Shown here piece after piece: positions 31,256 through 43,413 of a DNA stretch of 64,000 nucleotides (position 1 is the stretch's first letter; each line of letters starts with the position of its first letter). Made by a program: the position numbers and the translations under genes. Source of the DNA: Rebecca billardiae RCC1528 (lineage: Eukaryota; Protista; Haptophyta); NCBI GenBank assembly GCA_965240325.2, contig OZ251244.1, forward strand, positions 1,178,001 through 1,242,000, written 5' to 3'. Below the pieces are notes generated by a model, which saw nothing but the letters and a program-made list of their open reading frames with translations, had not been told where the DNA came from and made no database searches.

Positions 31256-32598
31256 CACGACGATCGGCGTGCGGCGTGCTTCGGGGTTCAGAGCTGATGT
31301 TCGCGCCCTTCGTGTTGCTGTGTGTGGTCGTGGGTCGTTGCTCATCAGGCTCCCGCCTTTGGCAGGCGGAATCTGGGCATCTCGCGTGTCGGACTTTTAC
31401 CCAAACGAGCCACGTGATGTTTGAGCGATGAGCGATCCCTCCGCACCTGTCATCTTTTACGGCAATCGGCCCGACCGCCGGTGGTTCACCGACGAACACC
31501 GCCGGCCTTGCAATCAAGCCCCTTCGTGCAAGCAGAAGAAAAAGAAACCCTCCGGGTGAGCCGTCTAGTGACGTCTTGCACGTCTTTCGTCCCATCGACA
31601 GCTGATGTCATCAGAAAAAGCCCTGTTGGTCCATCAGCGGGCAAATTCAGAGTGCAGTGCACTGCGGATTCCCCCCGGTGCACGGTTGCACCGCTGCGCC
31701 GGGGCTCCCAGGCGCTCGGAGTCGCTGTGGTGCCGGTAAACCGGGCGGAACCGGCGAGCGGCGAAAATTCTCGAGACGGTCCTGGGCCGCGAGCCCTGGA
31801 CGTGATGATTCGCGCGTCGGGATGACCGACCGGCCGCGCCTCGCGAGCCACGCCGTGCAGCGAGTCACGGCCGCCGTGCGCGCCGCGCCCACCTCCTCTG
31901 CTGGCTCAGCTGCACTGCCATGCGTGAGCATGCCCCCGAGCCTGCGCCCGAGGAGAGGCGCGCAGGAGCTGGCGTCCAGAGCGTGCTGCTCGCGGCCTGT
32001 CCGAAGGCATCGCGAATCAGAACTTTGCACGCCTCTCGCCGCATGGCCAGGTGAGACGTCGGCAGTTGGCAGTGCGGTCCCCAGGGCGCCACGCCGCGCT
32101 GGTCGAATCACACGGCCGTGACGGGCTGAGTAGCAGTGCCCCGGGTGAGTCACAGGGCGGGCTGACGTGCCACCGCTGCGCCCACTGGTACCGTTCTGCT
32201 TCACTCGTGTACCGCAACTCTTGGTCGCCACTTGGGTCTTGGTACTGGCGAGCAGCGAAGTTACAATGTCTGGCCACATGGCAGGATGCGTGCCGACGTC
32301 GGGGCAGTCGAGCAGACAGCTAGACCGCCACGTTGCCACCACAGGCGGTGTCCGGCCGTGCCTCCGACCGGACCCAGTTCGCGGCCGGTGCAGCGGCGCC
32401 GCGGTGTGACGGTCCGCCCGTGACGGCTACGGCCGCAGGCCACGGCCAACGCGGGCCAACGCCAACGGCGGGCGCCTGATGGCACTGCTGACGCACGCTG
32501 CTGGCTCCGCGTGCATGTGGCCCATCGTCATCAATCCAATGAAGTGCGGGCGGCCCGGCAGCTAGGCGCTAGGCGTGATACGGCGAGGGGCAAGCCTC

Positions 32599-35009
32599 CT
32601 AGGCCGCAGGCATCCTGATCTTGGCGTTCAGCTCGAGCTGCTCGCCGACAGTCATGATCGCGTTGGCCGCCTGCGCGCCGCCGGCGGCAACCGCAGGCAC
32701 ACCAATACCGGCCGTCGTCGAGTCGCCGCAGCGGTACAGCCCTGGCAGCGGCGTGGTCACGCCGGGCAGGGTGCCCGTGCCCGCGGGGATCGCCGGGCCG
32801 TAGGTCCCGCGGTCGCGCCGCAGGAATCGCTCGCACGTGAGCGGCGTGCCGACCAGGCTGAGCTCCGCGCGCTCGCGGATGTCCGGAATATATCGCTCGA
32901 TCGCGCGCCACAGGCACTCGGCGCGCTCCGCCTTCTGGGCCTCGTACTCGGCCGAGCCGCGCTGCAGCCCTTCCCAGAGAGCGTACGGCTCGTTGCCCGC
33001 GGTGTACGCGTGGATAACGTGCTTGCCCGCGGGGGCGAGTGCCGGGTCGAGCATCGATCCGCACGAGACCACGATCACGTTCGCCGGCTCGTCGATGGGC
33101 ACGTCCCAGGACGCGACGGTCGTCCACTGCGGCGGGATGCCCTCCTCCGGCAGCCGGCTCGCGTCAAAGCCCACGTGCAAGTGCATGAACGACTTGCACT
33201 GCTCGGTGCGCACGAGCGCGTCGCGCTCGGTATCCAGCTCCGGGCAGGCGCCGCGCTCGACCAGACGGTACGTGCTCCAGAGGTCCGCGTTGGAGACGAC
33301 CGCCTTGCGCGCGCGCACGACGCGGCCGGAGCGGAGCTCGACGCCGACGGCGCGGCCGTCCTCCACAATCACGCGCTCGACGTGCGCGCCCCGGCGCACC
33401 TCGCCGCCCGGTTTCGTCACGCCGCGCGCGAGCGCCGCCGCCATCGCGCCAGAGCCGCCCTTAGGGAAATCCATCACCGCGTTCGGCTGAAAGAAATCGT
33501 CCACCTGCGCGCCATCGGGGGGCGGGTTCGTGCGGCGCGGCGTGCGCGCGGCGCGCGTCGGCCGCAGGCCGCGCGCGCGCGCGCTCGTCCGTGCAGCAGG
33601 CGTCTATGTGCGCTCAGGCCGCGCGCGCAGTCCCATGCGCACGTGGCCAGCTCCAAGCGCGTCCACGCGCGCGCGCCCGTCCCCGCAGCGCCCCCCGCGC
33701 ACCAAATGACGCCATGCCGGCCGGAGCCTCCCCTCCGCCCAGCCCTACCCTACCCCTGCGCATCCGCGCAGCGGCGCAGTGGCGCACCATGTAAGCCATC
33801 ACGGCCGTGAGCGTGCCCTCACTCGGCAGCCCCTGCAATAAAAAGGCAAGCATATTCAGATAATTGATGAGGAACGGATCAGTCACCTCCGCCTGCGCAC
33901 GGCGCGCGCGAGGCCGGCACGGTCGTCGGGACGCACCGCGCACGCGCGCCGCGCACGGCGGGGCGCAGCGCAGCGCGGCGCAGCGCGGCGCGGCGCAGGC
34001 AGCGTAGTGACGTCGTGAGCGGCGCGGCGCGCGCGCTCGCGCGGCGCGGCACGCGCTCGCGCGGCGCGGCGCGCGCTCGCGCGGCGCGGCGCGCGCTCGC
34101 GGAGAGGGCGCGCATGCAGACTCTCGACGGCCCGACGTGCTCGCACGGCGCGCACCGCGCCCGCCACCTGCCGCGGCGCACCGCACGCGCCGGCGCGCCG
34201 GCGCGCGGCGCGCCGGCGCTACGCACCTCGGCCAGCACCTCGGAGAAGGGGCGCGTCAGCTTGGGCGCATCCAGCAGGGTGCGTAGCACCGCGCCCGGGT
34301 AGCGCGCGATGACTGTGCGGAGCGCGCCGAGGTCCGGGCGGACGGCGACGGCGGGGATCGCCTTCGCGCCGTCGGTGAGCGGGCGCAGCCGCCGCGCGAG
34401 CCGCCGCCAGTCCTCCAGCGCGCTCGGCCCGCCGTACGTCTGCAAAATCTGCTCGAACGCCTCGGCGCCGATCGACAACGAATAACCGTCTGGCGCCTCT
34501 GGGAGGAACGCGCCCCACGTGTCGAAGGTGAGCCACTCGGGCTCCTCGCCGATCATCTCGTACACGTGCTTGAGCGGGTTCGGGCTGCCGTCCGTCCACG
34601 AGAACCCCGAGTACAGCGACGGGCCGGACTCGAAGCGGAACACCGGCTCGCCCGGCTGAACTTTCTCGGAAGGTACCGGCGTGCCGTCCGTCCGATAGCA
34701 GAACTCGTGCGCGCAGCCGCCGAGCTCGTAGTGGCTCTCGCACACGAGCACGTCGTACCCCGCCGTCGCGAGCAGCGAAGCGCACGACAGCCCGCCAAAG
34801 CCGCTGCCGATCACCACCACGTCGCGCTCCTCGACGTCCGTGGCGGGCGGGGGCGCGCCGGTGGAGGCGCGCACGGCTGCGCGCGCGCAGCTCGCACGCG
34901 AGAGGCGCGAGGCGTGCACGAGCGGCGAGTGGCGCGACGCGCCCGCCAGGGTTGCCGCAGAGGCGATGCCGAGCGGCGCGAGCAGCAGCACCGTCGCCGC
35001 CGCGTGCAT
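32599..35009 (-). CDS. Plastid-targeted CRTISO/CrtH-like FAD-dependent carotenoid isomerase-family oxidoreductase (3 exons)
   Basis: Signal plus transit-like leader; VVIGSGFGG dinucleotide fold, GGCAH, FESGPSL, PKGGSG, GTPLT..RFLRR.RGTYGP, CGDST..GIGVPAV. Introns 33893-34226 and 33505-33787. Confidence 0.88.
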
Positions 35010-35218
35010 CGTGCTCGTTCTCTCGTCCCGCCGTGCGCAATCACGCGCGGCGCCCGGGCGCGAGAGAGTCAAGAGTCCGACGAAAGAGCGGGAAGGTCCC
35101 CTTGAACGGCGGTGCGGCCCACGAGTACGACTTGTAACGTATTGATCGCAGCCTCCTGATAACGCGCGGCATACAGTAACCGTATTTCGAAACGGTGCCA
35201 CAGTACACCCACCTATGG

Positions 35219-37380
35219 TCATCTCCGCTTGCCCCTGCTGCCGCCGCCGCCAGCACCACCACCACCGCCGCCCGCGGCCTGTGGCGCCGCCGCCGAGCCC
35301 GTCCCGCGACCCCCGGCCGACGCGCCCCGGCGGCGCACGACTCGCGCCGGCGCCGCCGCGGCCGCGGCCGTCGCCAGCAGTTCCTCTGCGCCTGCGCCCG
35401 CGTCGTCGTCCGACGAGGACGTGTCCGTCTCCGAGTCGTTGGCGGCGGCTGCTGCTGCTGCTGCGGCGGCGGCGGCGGCGGTAGCGGTGAGCTCCACGCG
35501 CCCCGCCGCCGCGCTGGACGAGAGCGCGCGCAGCTCCCTCAGCACCTCCGCCTGCACGTGCGGGCTGCAGCAGTCGAGCGTGGACACACAGAACAACTGC
35601 CCCATCTGTTGAAGCTGCGTGGCCGTGAAGTGCGTGCCGGCGAACGGGCCGGCGCTCGGCCCGGCGTAGCTCGCCTCGAGGGTATACGAGAGGGCCACGC
35701 CGAGCTCGCGCGCCACCACCACGCGCCCCGTCGTGTCCTTCCCCTTCTTCGTCTTGAAGTTCGAGTCGGAGAACGAAAAGGCGCCATGTGTATGCCGCCA
35801 CAAGACATAGGGCAGCACGCGCGGAAGCGATTTGCGGTCGGTCGCGTCGTCCGCGCCGGCCCAGCCGGCGAGCCCGCCCATCGACGCGGCGTCGGCGGCG
35901 GCGTCTGTCGCGCCGCCCAGCCCGTCCACGCCGTACATGAACACGTTCGCCTTCTTCGAGTGGCCGTGCAGATCGGCGAATAAAATCACGTCGCGCTCGA
36001 GCGAGAGCTCGCGGATTAAATCTTTCGTCGCGCAAATGGTCGGGTGCAGCTGGCGGCTGGGCTCCTTCCAGTGGCGGTTGAGGTCGAAGCCGCCGAGCGA
36101 GGTGCGGTGGTTGCCCACGATCACGCCGTCCGGATTGAGCATCGGCACGACCTGTGCCCGCCGCCGAGGCGCGCAGCGCATGGGCGGGCGCGGGCGCGCG
36201 CGCGCGCGCGAGGCTCGCTTATCAGCGCTCGCGCGGGCGGGCGGGCGGCGCGGGGCCGCACGGCGTGGGTGCCGCGCGCGCGGGCCCGCGCGCGCGCGCG
36301 CGCCTTGAAGACGAAGTTGTCGCGCAGGATCTTCGCCTCCAGGCTCGGCCCTGTGAGGAAGCTGATGATCCCCTGCATCATCCACGACGAGCTCACCTCC
36401 CCCGGGTGCACGCGCGCGGTGAGCACGACCGCTCGCCGCTGGTCGACAGAGTTGTAAGCCGACGACTGCAGCGTGGTGATGGTGAGCACGTCGACGGCGT
36501 TGCCGGCGAGCGTGCGGCAGAGCGTGCGCCGCTTGAAGCGCTTCGCGCGCACCGCGTCCGCCTCGAGCTCGCGCAGGTACAGCCGCAGCTGCGTGTACGA
36601 ATACGGGTAGCCGAATGCGAAGTAGCAGGTGTCTCCCGCATGGGTAAACTCGACTGTGAACGTGAGCGTGTGCAGCGCCTGGCGGCGGCGGCGCTGCCCG
36701 TTGGTGTAGTAGTGGATGTGGCCCGCGGCGCGGCGCCAGCCGCTGCCCGCCGGGTCGCGCTCGTGCGCGCGCCGCGACCACATCAGCGGGCGCATCCCGT
36801 AATTAAACAGCGAGCCCTCCACGGCCATATTCACAATGTTGAATTTGACCGGGTGCGCGGAGTCGGGCGTGTTCGCGGCGGAGAAGAAGAACCAGCGCGT
36901 GTGCGACGACGTGTTGGTGTCGGTGCGGAGCAGCAGGTCGTACTCGTACGGCGCGACCTGCACCGCGCGGCGCAGGTTGCCGCACTCGAACCGCGACTCG
37001 AAGACGAGCGTCGAGTCGTCCGGTCCAGTCACGGTGTACCGAGGCGGCAGCGAGGCGGGCGCCGCGAGCGTGTCGGGCTCGACGGGCTCGAGCCGGTCGG
37101 TGCGGCCGGGAGCGAGCAGGTTGCCCGTGCTCAGCACGGGCAGGTCGAAGACCACGCGGTTGAACGAGGCCGTCGGCGACGTGAGCCGCTCCGCGTCCAG
37201 CTGCTGCAGCTCGAGCACTTCGGCCGCACGCCGGTCGGCGGGCAGCCGCTCGAGCAGCGGCTCCGGGATGGGCGGGTCGACGTGCGGCGTGTGCGGCGGG
37301 GGCCACACCAGGGGCATGTCCGTGCCCGTGTGCGGCGGCGGCACGGGCAGGCTCGCGCGAGGCCCGTCGCGCGACGCCAT
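35219..37380 (-). CDS. Cytosolic carboxypeptidase (CCP/AGBL, M14D tubulin deglutamylase; 2 exons)
   Basis: FESRFECGNL, WFFF, YPYSY, RVHPGE, PMLNPDGV..GNHR, DLNR, DLHGHS, SYTLEAS. GC-AG intron 36152-36303. Confidence 0.92.
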
Positions 37381-37515
37381 CGTCGACGGCCCCGCCAGCC
37401 GCAACGACAAACACCAGCACGCTGCCGCCGCCGCCGCCAGTTCCGCTCAAAGAAAATCCGTTGCGTCCGGATGCTCGCCTTCGCTTCATTATTGTGGCCG
37501 GCCCGACCGGGGGCG

Positions 37516-38136
37516 ATGGCGCCGGGCCGGCACGTGGACGTGCTCGTGGCGCTGCTCGCGCTGAGCGCAACGCCCGGCGCGCGCGGCTGGGCTCTCTCCT
37601 CGCACCCCGCGCCCAGGCGCGTGAGTCCATCCCCAACCGCCGCGCGGCTCGTCTGCAAGCAGTCCACCACGCAGGCGGGCAAGCAGGTCGCTGATAATCG
37701 TATCGCGCGATCTCGGTACGAGATTGTGGAGAAGGTCGAGGCGGGTATCTCGCTCACGGGCACCGAGGTGAAGTCGTGCCGAGCGGGGAACGTCAACCTG
37801 CGCGACGGCTTCGCGCGCATCTCGGGCTCCGACATCTGGCTCGAGAACGTGCACATCAGCAAGCACAGCTCAAGCGGCGCCTACTTCCAGCATGAGGAGA
37901 AGCGCGCGCGCCGGCTGCTGCTGCACAAGCGGCAGATCTCCAAGCTGCGGCAGTCGTGCGAGCAGAAGGGGTTCACGCTCGTGCCGCTGCGCTGCTACTT
38001 CAACCAGGGCAACCTCCTCAAGGTCGAGCTCGGCCTCGCGCGCGGCCTGAAGAACTACGACAAGCGCGCGCAGCTCAAGGAGCGCGTCGTCAAGCGCGAG
38101 GTGCAGCGCGAGCTGAAGAATATCGTGAACAGGTGA
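37516..38136 (+). CDS. smpB: SsrA-binding protein SmpB, nuclear-encoded with bipartite plastid-targeting leader
   Basis: NRIAR..YEI...EAGISLTGTEVKS.R.G..NL.DGFA, RRLLLHKRQI, GFTLVPL, LARG.K.YDKR. Leader ...ALSATPGARG-W. Alternative ATG at 37471. Confidence 0.93.
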   Translation: MAPGRHVDVLVALLALSATPGARGWALSSHPAPRRVSPSPTAARLVCKQSTTQAGKQVADNRIARSRYEIVEKVEAGISLTGTEVKSCRAGNVNLRDGFARISGSDIWLENVHISKHSSSGAYFQHEEKRARRLLLHKRQISKLRQSCEQKGFTLVPLRCYFNQGNLLKVELGLARGLKNYDKRAQLKERVVKREVQRELKNIVNR

Positions 38137-38384
38137 TGATCCATGGCGCGGCGTGATAGACGAATACTCCTATAAGCACTGCTGATACTCGGAAGCAGGC
38201 TATACATATACATATATATATGATTATGCATACAGCGCGCAACGACAGTAGCCTGCTAGCCCGCGCCGTGCATCGGACGCGACTACGTCAGACACAGCCC
38301 GAGCGCCCCGAGCCGGTCGTGCCACCGGCACCGCGTGGCTGGCGGCTGACGGCGGCGAGTGCGACGCTCGCGCGCGCATCGTCG

Positions 38385-40946
38385 TCAATGCTGAGTGTGC
38401 TCGGCATCGTCGTCATCATCGTGGACGACGCCGAGCAGTGCGGCCGCATGGGGCAGCAGCTCGGCCGCGCGCTCGTCGTCGGCGTCGTCCTCACGCGCCG
38501 CGGCCTCGAGCCATTCCATCAGTTCTGACGGGCTTGCGCGCAGACTGTTGCCGAGCGAGCCGCTGGGCTCGTCGAGCGACTGGCGGGATGGCTCGGCCTC
38601 CGGCGACTTGTCCGGGTGCATGCGCTGCGAGCTGCTCCGGGAGCCGAGGCCGGGCGCGTCGACGGCGGCACTCGCGGGCGGGCCCAAAGGCACAGGCGTG
38701 CCCGGCTCGTCGGTCGTCCCGTCCGTCGCGCGCGGCTGCTGCTCCGCTGACCGCTCCGCCTCGGCGGCCGGCGGCGCGTGCCAGCCGGCGCGCGCCGGTG
38801 GCAGCGGCGAGGCGGCGGCGGCGGCGGCAGCTGGCGAGGCCGATGGGGCGCCCCCCGCCGCGGGCGACGCAGTGGCCGCCCCCGCCGGGCCCGCGCGCCC
38901 TTTCTTCATCGCCGCGCGGTGCCGAGCCCCCGCCGCGCGCTCGGCGCGGCGCAGCTGCTCCGCCTGCTCCGGCCCCGCGGGCTCATCAACGTGCGTAGGG
39001 CGCACGCCCGTCAGCTCGGCGACGGCCGTCACGCAGCGCACGTGCGCGAGCCAGTCGTCGTCGGTGCACGGGCCGGTGAGGTGGAGTGCGCCGTAGCGCA
39101 CGACCGGCGGCGGGACCGCGACCGCGCCGCCCACCGTCGCGCGCCGCTCCGCCGCCATCTTCGGGTCCACGCGCCCCTGCAGCGCTCGCACCGGCGGCGG
39201 CCCGCGCCGCGCGCGTCGAACGCCCGCGTTGCGACGCGCGCCCGCGCCCTCGCCGCCACCTGTGCCCCAAGTCCGCGTCTCGCGCGCCGAGCCGGCCGCG
39301 ACGGTCTGCCCCGCGCGCGTGATGTCGTCCGCGGACTGCAGCCACTTCATCGGCGTCGCCGACTTGGCGTGCCTCTTCGCGCTCGCCGCTTGCGTGAACG
39401 CCTCCGACGCGGCCGCGTCGCCGCGGTCGACGCGCGTGCGAGAGAGAAATCCGGACCGCGGTCCGGCGATCGCGGCGGCGGCGGGCGCGGGCTGCGCCGC
39501 GGCGGCGGCGGCGCCGCTGGCGGGCGGCGCGGTGGACGGGCGCGGTGCCGCCGTGCTCGAGACCGCGGGCACGGTGGCCAGCGTGATCGTGGTACCTGCA
39601 CCGCCGCGCGCGCCGCCGCGCGCGGGCGCCGCCGCGGCCGCGCGCTCGCGGCCGCGGCCGCGCGGCGACGGGCTCGAGTCCGGCTGGAGTGCCCGGACGG
39701 CGGCGGCGGCGGCGGCGACCTTGGCGGCGCCCTCGCGGCCGGGCGGCAGGTCCGCCGCGCGCGCGGCGCGCGCCGCCGCCGCGTGCGCCACGTCGATCGC
39801 CGCCCACCCCTCCGCCCGGATGGCGATCAGCCTCCAGCGGGCGCCGGGCAGCCGGCGCCACACAGTGTCTGGAGGCGGCGGGTACGGCGGTCTGTCCTCG
39901 TCGTCGGCGTCGTCGTCGGCGGGCTCGTCGCCGCCGGCGGCCGCGGCGCGCGCCGCCGCCACCGCCGCCGCGCGCATCCGGCCGCGCGGCGAGCGGTCCG
40001 CCGCCGCGAGCCGCGCCGCCGTCGCCGCGTTGAACTCCCGCCAGTGCAGAGAGTCAAGAGGGTCGGCAGTTGAGGCGTCGGCGGCGCGCGCGAGCGCGGC
40101 CGCGGCCGACGCGGGCCGTGGCGCGGGCTCGGGCTGAGGGGCGGTGGGCGGCGAGGCGGGCGCGGCGGGGCTCGGGCTTCGGGAGCCGCCGACCGCCGTC
40201 GCGCGCGCGCGGCCGTGCGGCCGCTCCTCGCCCGGCCGCAGCCGTCGGGGCAAGTGCAGGTGAGCCTCAGGCGTGGCGCCGGCCGGCGACAGCGCACGCT
40301 CTCTGTCCAGACGCAGCAGGGCGCGGTGCGGGATGCGCACGCCGACGCTCTCGGGGGCGTCGCCCTCGGCCTCGCGCTGCTTCGCCAGCGCGACGCTCGC
40401 CGCCGAGCGCCGCCACGCGTGCGACGCGCCCGCGCGCGTCGCGCTCGCCGAGCTGGGCTGCATGTAGGACGGTACGTCAGCGGCGCCGCCCGCCACGCCG
40501 GTGGCGGCGGCGATCTGCTCGGAGAGCGGCGCGGTGCGCGGACGGACGGTGGGCACGCGCTGGGGCAGCTTGCCCCCGAGCCCGTGCAGCGCCGCGCCCG
40601 CGCGCCGCTCGATGTGATTCCGGGCGTCGAGCGCGGAGAGGAAGAAATCGGAAGTGCCGCGCTCCAGGCCGGGATGCGTCGTGAGCGGGCGCTGGGGCGG
40701 TGCGGGCTTGCGGACGGCGGCGTAGGTGGAGCGGGCCTCGGCGGAGGTGCCGAGGAGCGCGGCCGCGGCGAGCCCGGCCGTCGACACCATCGCGAGCAGG
40801 CGGGCGGCTGCGCCACCGCGCAGGCGGGACGGGGCTTGGGGCGAGCACGGCGGCGTGAGGCGTGAACTTGGGCCTTGGGGAGGGCCGGGCGGCCACCTGG
40901 CAGGCGAGCGCCTTTGTAACGACATCGCAACGGCGGCTGTGCGCAT
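38385..40946 (-). CDS. Low-complexity Ala/Pro/Arg-rich hypothetical protein
   Basis: Long ORF with islands of protein-like sequence (e.g. DFFLSALDARNHIE, PMKWLQSADDI); exon structure and start uncertain. Confidence 0.5.
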   Translation of the reverse strand: MRTAAVAMSLQRRSPARWPPGPPQGPSSRLTPPCSPQAPSRLRGGAAARLLAMVSTAGLAAAALLGTSAEARSTYAAVRKPAPPQRPLTTHPGLERGTSDFFLSALDARNHIERRAGAALHGLGGKLPQRVPTVRPRTAPLSEQIAAATGVAGGAADVPSYMQPSSASATRAGASHAWRRSAASVALAKQREAEGDAPESVGVRIPHRALLRLDRERALSPAGATPEAHLHLPRRLRPGEERPHGRARATAVGGSRSPSPAAPASPPTAPQPEPAPRPASAAAALARAADASTADPLDSLHWREFNAATAARLAAADRSPRGRMRAAAVAAARAAAAGGDEPADDDADDEDRPPYPPPPDTVWRRLPGARWRLIAIRAEGWAAIDVAHAAAARAARAADLPPGREGAAKVAAAAAAVRALQPDSSPSPRGRGRERAAAAAPARGGARGGAGTTITLATVPAVSSTAAPRPSTAPPASGAAAAAAQPAPAAAAIAGPRSGFLSRTRVDRGDAAASEAFTQAASAKRHAKSATPMKWLQSADDITRAGQTVAAGSARETRTWGTGGGEGAGARRNAGVRRARRGPPPVRALQGRVDPKMAAERRATVGGAVAVPPPVVRYGALHLTGPCTDDDWLAHVRCVTAVAELTGVRPTHVDEPAGPEQAEQLRRAERAAGARHRAAMKKGRAGPAGAATASPAAGGAPSASPAAAAAAASPLPPARAGWHAPPAAEAERSAEQQPRATDGTTDEPGTPVPLGPPASAAVDAPGLGSRSSSQRMHPDKSPEAEPSRQSLDEPSGSLGNSLRASPSELMEWLEAAAREDDADDERAAELLPHAAALLGVVHDDDDDAEHTQH

Positions 40947-41266
40947 CGATGCGTCCTCGAGTCGTTTCAATAGGCGTGCCTCGTGAACCGGCGTGCCTCT
41001 ATAAGCCGGGCGCCACTCCGGTGGTGAGCAGCTGCCGCAAGCCCACTCCGGAGTCGCACCGGATTTGGACTCATGCGCCCCCGCGCGCCCGGGTACAATC
41101 TCGAAGGGCTTCAGCTGTGCATCTCCGGCCCGGTCCTCCGCTGCTCGGGACTCTGTGACGAACCTGCGTGGCGGGCGCAGGCGTGCATCTCCGGGCCGAT
41201 CGGCAATCATTGCCGCGTCACGCCGACCGCCGTCTCGTCGCGTGATTGCCCGACCGTCTCGGCAGG

Positions 41267-42827
41267 ATGCTCCGCACGCTCACGCTCCTCGCGCTCGTCG
41301 CGGCCGCATGCGGCTTCAACTCGCCGCTCGCGGCGTCGCGCGCGCGCACCTCGTCGGTGCGCATGAGCACGAACCCGAGCGCGCCGATCAAGGTCGGCAT
41401 CAACGGTGCGCGCGCAGCGCCCACGAGCGCGCGCGCGCCGCCGCGCAATTAACGGCGTCGCCGGCCGCCGCGCGCGCGCGCGCGGCCGCCGTGCGACGAT
41501 CCGCCCTCCCCACGCGGCGCGTGGCGAGGCGCTGCGTGCGCACCTACCGCCGAGCACGCCCGCGCGCTGACCCTTGCCGCCGCCTCGCCGCCTGCGCGCG
41601 CGCGTGCACACGCTCGCGCTCGCTCGCCCTTCTGCGCCCGCAGGGTTTGGCCGCATCGGCCGGCTCGTGTTCCGTATCGCGATGGCGCGTGACAACATGG
41701 TGGTGAAGCACATCAACTCGCCGATGGCGCCGGAGTACATGAAGTACCTCCTCAACTACGACTCGGCGCACGGCCGCTACAAGGGCACGGTCGAGGTGAA
41801 GGGCGAGTCGCTCGTTGTTGACGGCCTCGAGATCACGCTCTCGGCGACGCGCGACCCGACGGAGATCCCGTGGGGCAAGCGCGAGGTGGACTACGTGTGC
41901 GAGAGCACGGGCGCGTTCACCACCACCGAGGGCTGCATGAAGCACTGCACGTCGAGCTCGCCGGCCAAGAAGGTGATCATCTCGGCCCCGGCGAAGGACC
42001 CGGAGACCCCGACCCTCGTCGTCGGCGTGAACGCGGCGGCTGACTACAAGCCGGAGATGAACGTGGTCTCGTGCGCGTCGTGCACGACGAACGGCCTCGC
42101 GCCGCTCGTCAAGCTCATCGACGAGTCGTACGGCATCGCCGAGGGCCTCATGACCACCGTGCACGCCACCACCGCCTCGCAGCTCACCGTCGACGGCTCG
42201 ATGAAGGGTTCGGACTGGCGCGCGGGCCGCGCCGCGGCTGCGAACATCATCCCGTCGTCGACCGGCGCGGCGAAGGCGGTCGCGAAGTGCTACCCGAAGT
42301 CGAAGGGCAAGCTCACCGGCATGGCCTTCCGCGTGCCCACCATCGACGTCTCCGTCGTCGACCTCACCTGCCGCCTCGAGAAGGCTACGGACTACGACGA
42401 CATTAAGGCGACGGTCAAGAAGGCCTCTGAGACCAACTACAAGGGCATCATCGGCTACACGGAGGACCAGGTGGTGTCGCAGGACTTCGTCGGCGACAGC
42501 ATGTCGACCACCTTCGATGCGGGCGCCGGCATCATGCTCAACCCCAACTTCGTCAAGGTACGCGCACCGGACGCCGCGACGCGCGCGCGCGCGCCGGGCG
42601 CCCGGCGCCCTGCGCCGGTTCGCGGTGGCGATGCGCGCGCGCGCCCGCAAAGCCGGCGACTCACGCGCACGCGCCGCCGCCACCGCCGCCGCCCCGCCGC
42701 CGCGCAGCTCGTCTCGTGGTACGACAACGAGTGGGGCTACTCGACCCGCCTGGTCGACCTCATTCAGATCATGGCGGTCACGGATGGCGTCACGGCGAAG
42801 AGTGCCGAGATGGTCGGCATGGCCTAA
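41267..42827 (+). CDS. GAPC1: Plastid-targeted glyceraldehyde-3-phosphate dehydrogenase (GapC1 type; 3 exons)
   Basis: Signal peptide ...AACG-F plus transit; [41 protein letters not shown]. Introns 41406-41643 and 42558-42707. Confidence 0.95.
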
Positions 42828-43413
42828 ATGGAATAATGCGCGGGCAGCAGCCGCTTTTTATTCCGAGGTGCGCGTCGCGCGTCACAGGCTGACGGCGGCT
42901 GCGCGACAGCGCGTGTGCCACGCACGCCCTCACACGCAGTGAGGGCGCGTGCGCGCCCATGCGCCCGTGCCGGCTGCGCCCTCGGGCCGCCCGCACGGAG
43001 CCTGTCAGCACCGCCACGGCGCCGGGCTTCCGAATTCGGATCGATTCCTGCGGCGGGCCGCTCGCACGCCTGCAATCGCGGGCGACGGACCACCGCTTGG
43101 TTTGTTGATATATATAGCATGATGATGACGATCGCCGCGCGCGACGAAGACGTATGTACGTACTCGCTGTCCTGATGCGCGACTCACGTCGTCCGTCACG
43201 GCAGCCGAGCGGCTGGCGGGCGCCGTCCTTATGACTGGCCCGGTGTCAGAACCGGTCAGCCCGAGTGACCCGTGACTCACCTACGACCTCCTAGTCCTGC
43301 CCCTGGCAGGCTGGCAGCGGGCCCTGGCCCTGCCCGTGCCGCTGCGGGCTGAAGCGCGGGTCATTCGTTCCATCGATCAGTGCCATCAGCTACTCGGTGC
43401 GGAGAGTACCGTA

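Noticed and set aside
28722-31424. Long + strand Gly/Ala-rich ORFs
   Set aside because: Antisense of the ankyrin gene repeats; stop codons are scarce at this GC content.
33879-36035. 718-aa ORF apparently fusing CCP and CRTISO regions
   Set aside because: Out-of-frame read-through upstream of the CRTISO ATG at 35009, plus intron read-through.
36154-38136. 660-aa ORF suggesting a long N-terminal fusion to SmpB
   Set aside because: The upstream part is antisense to the carboxypeptidase; the real start is at 37471 or 37516.
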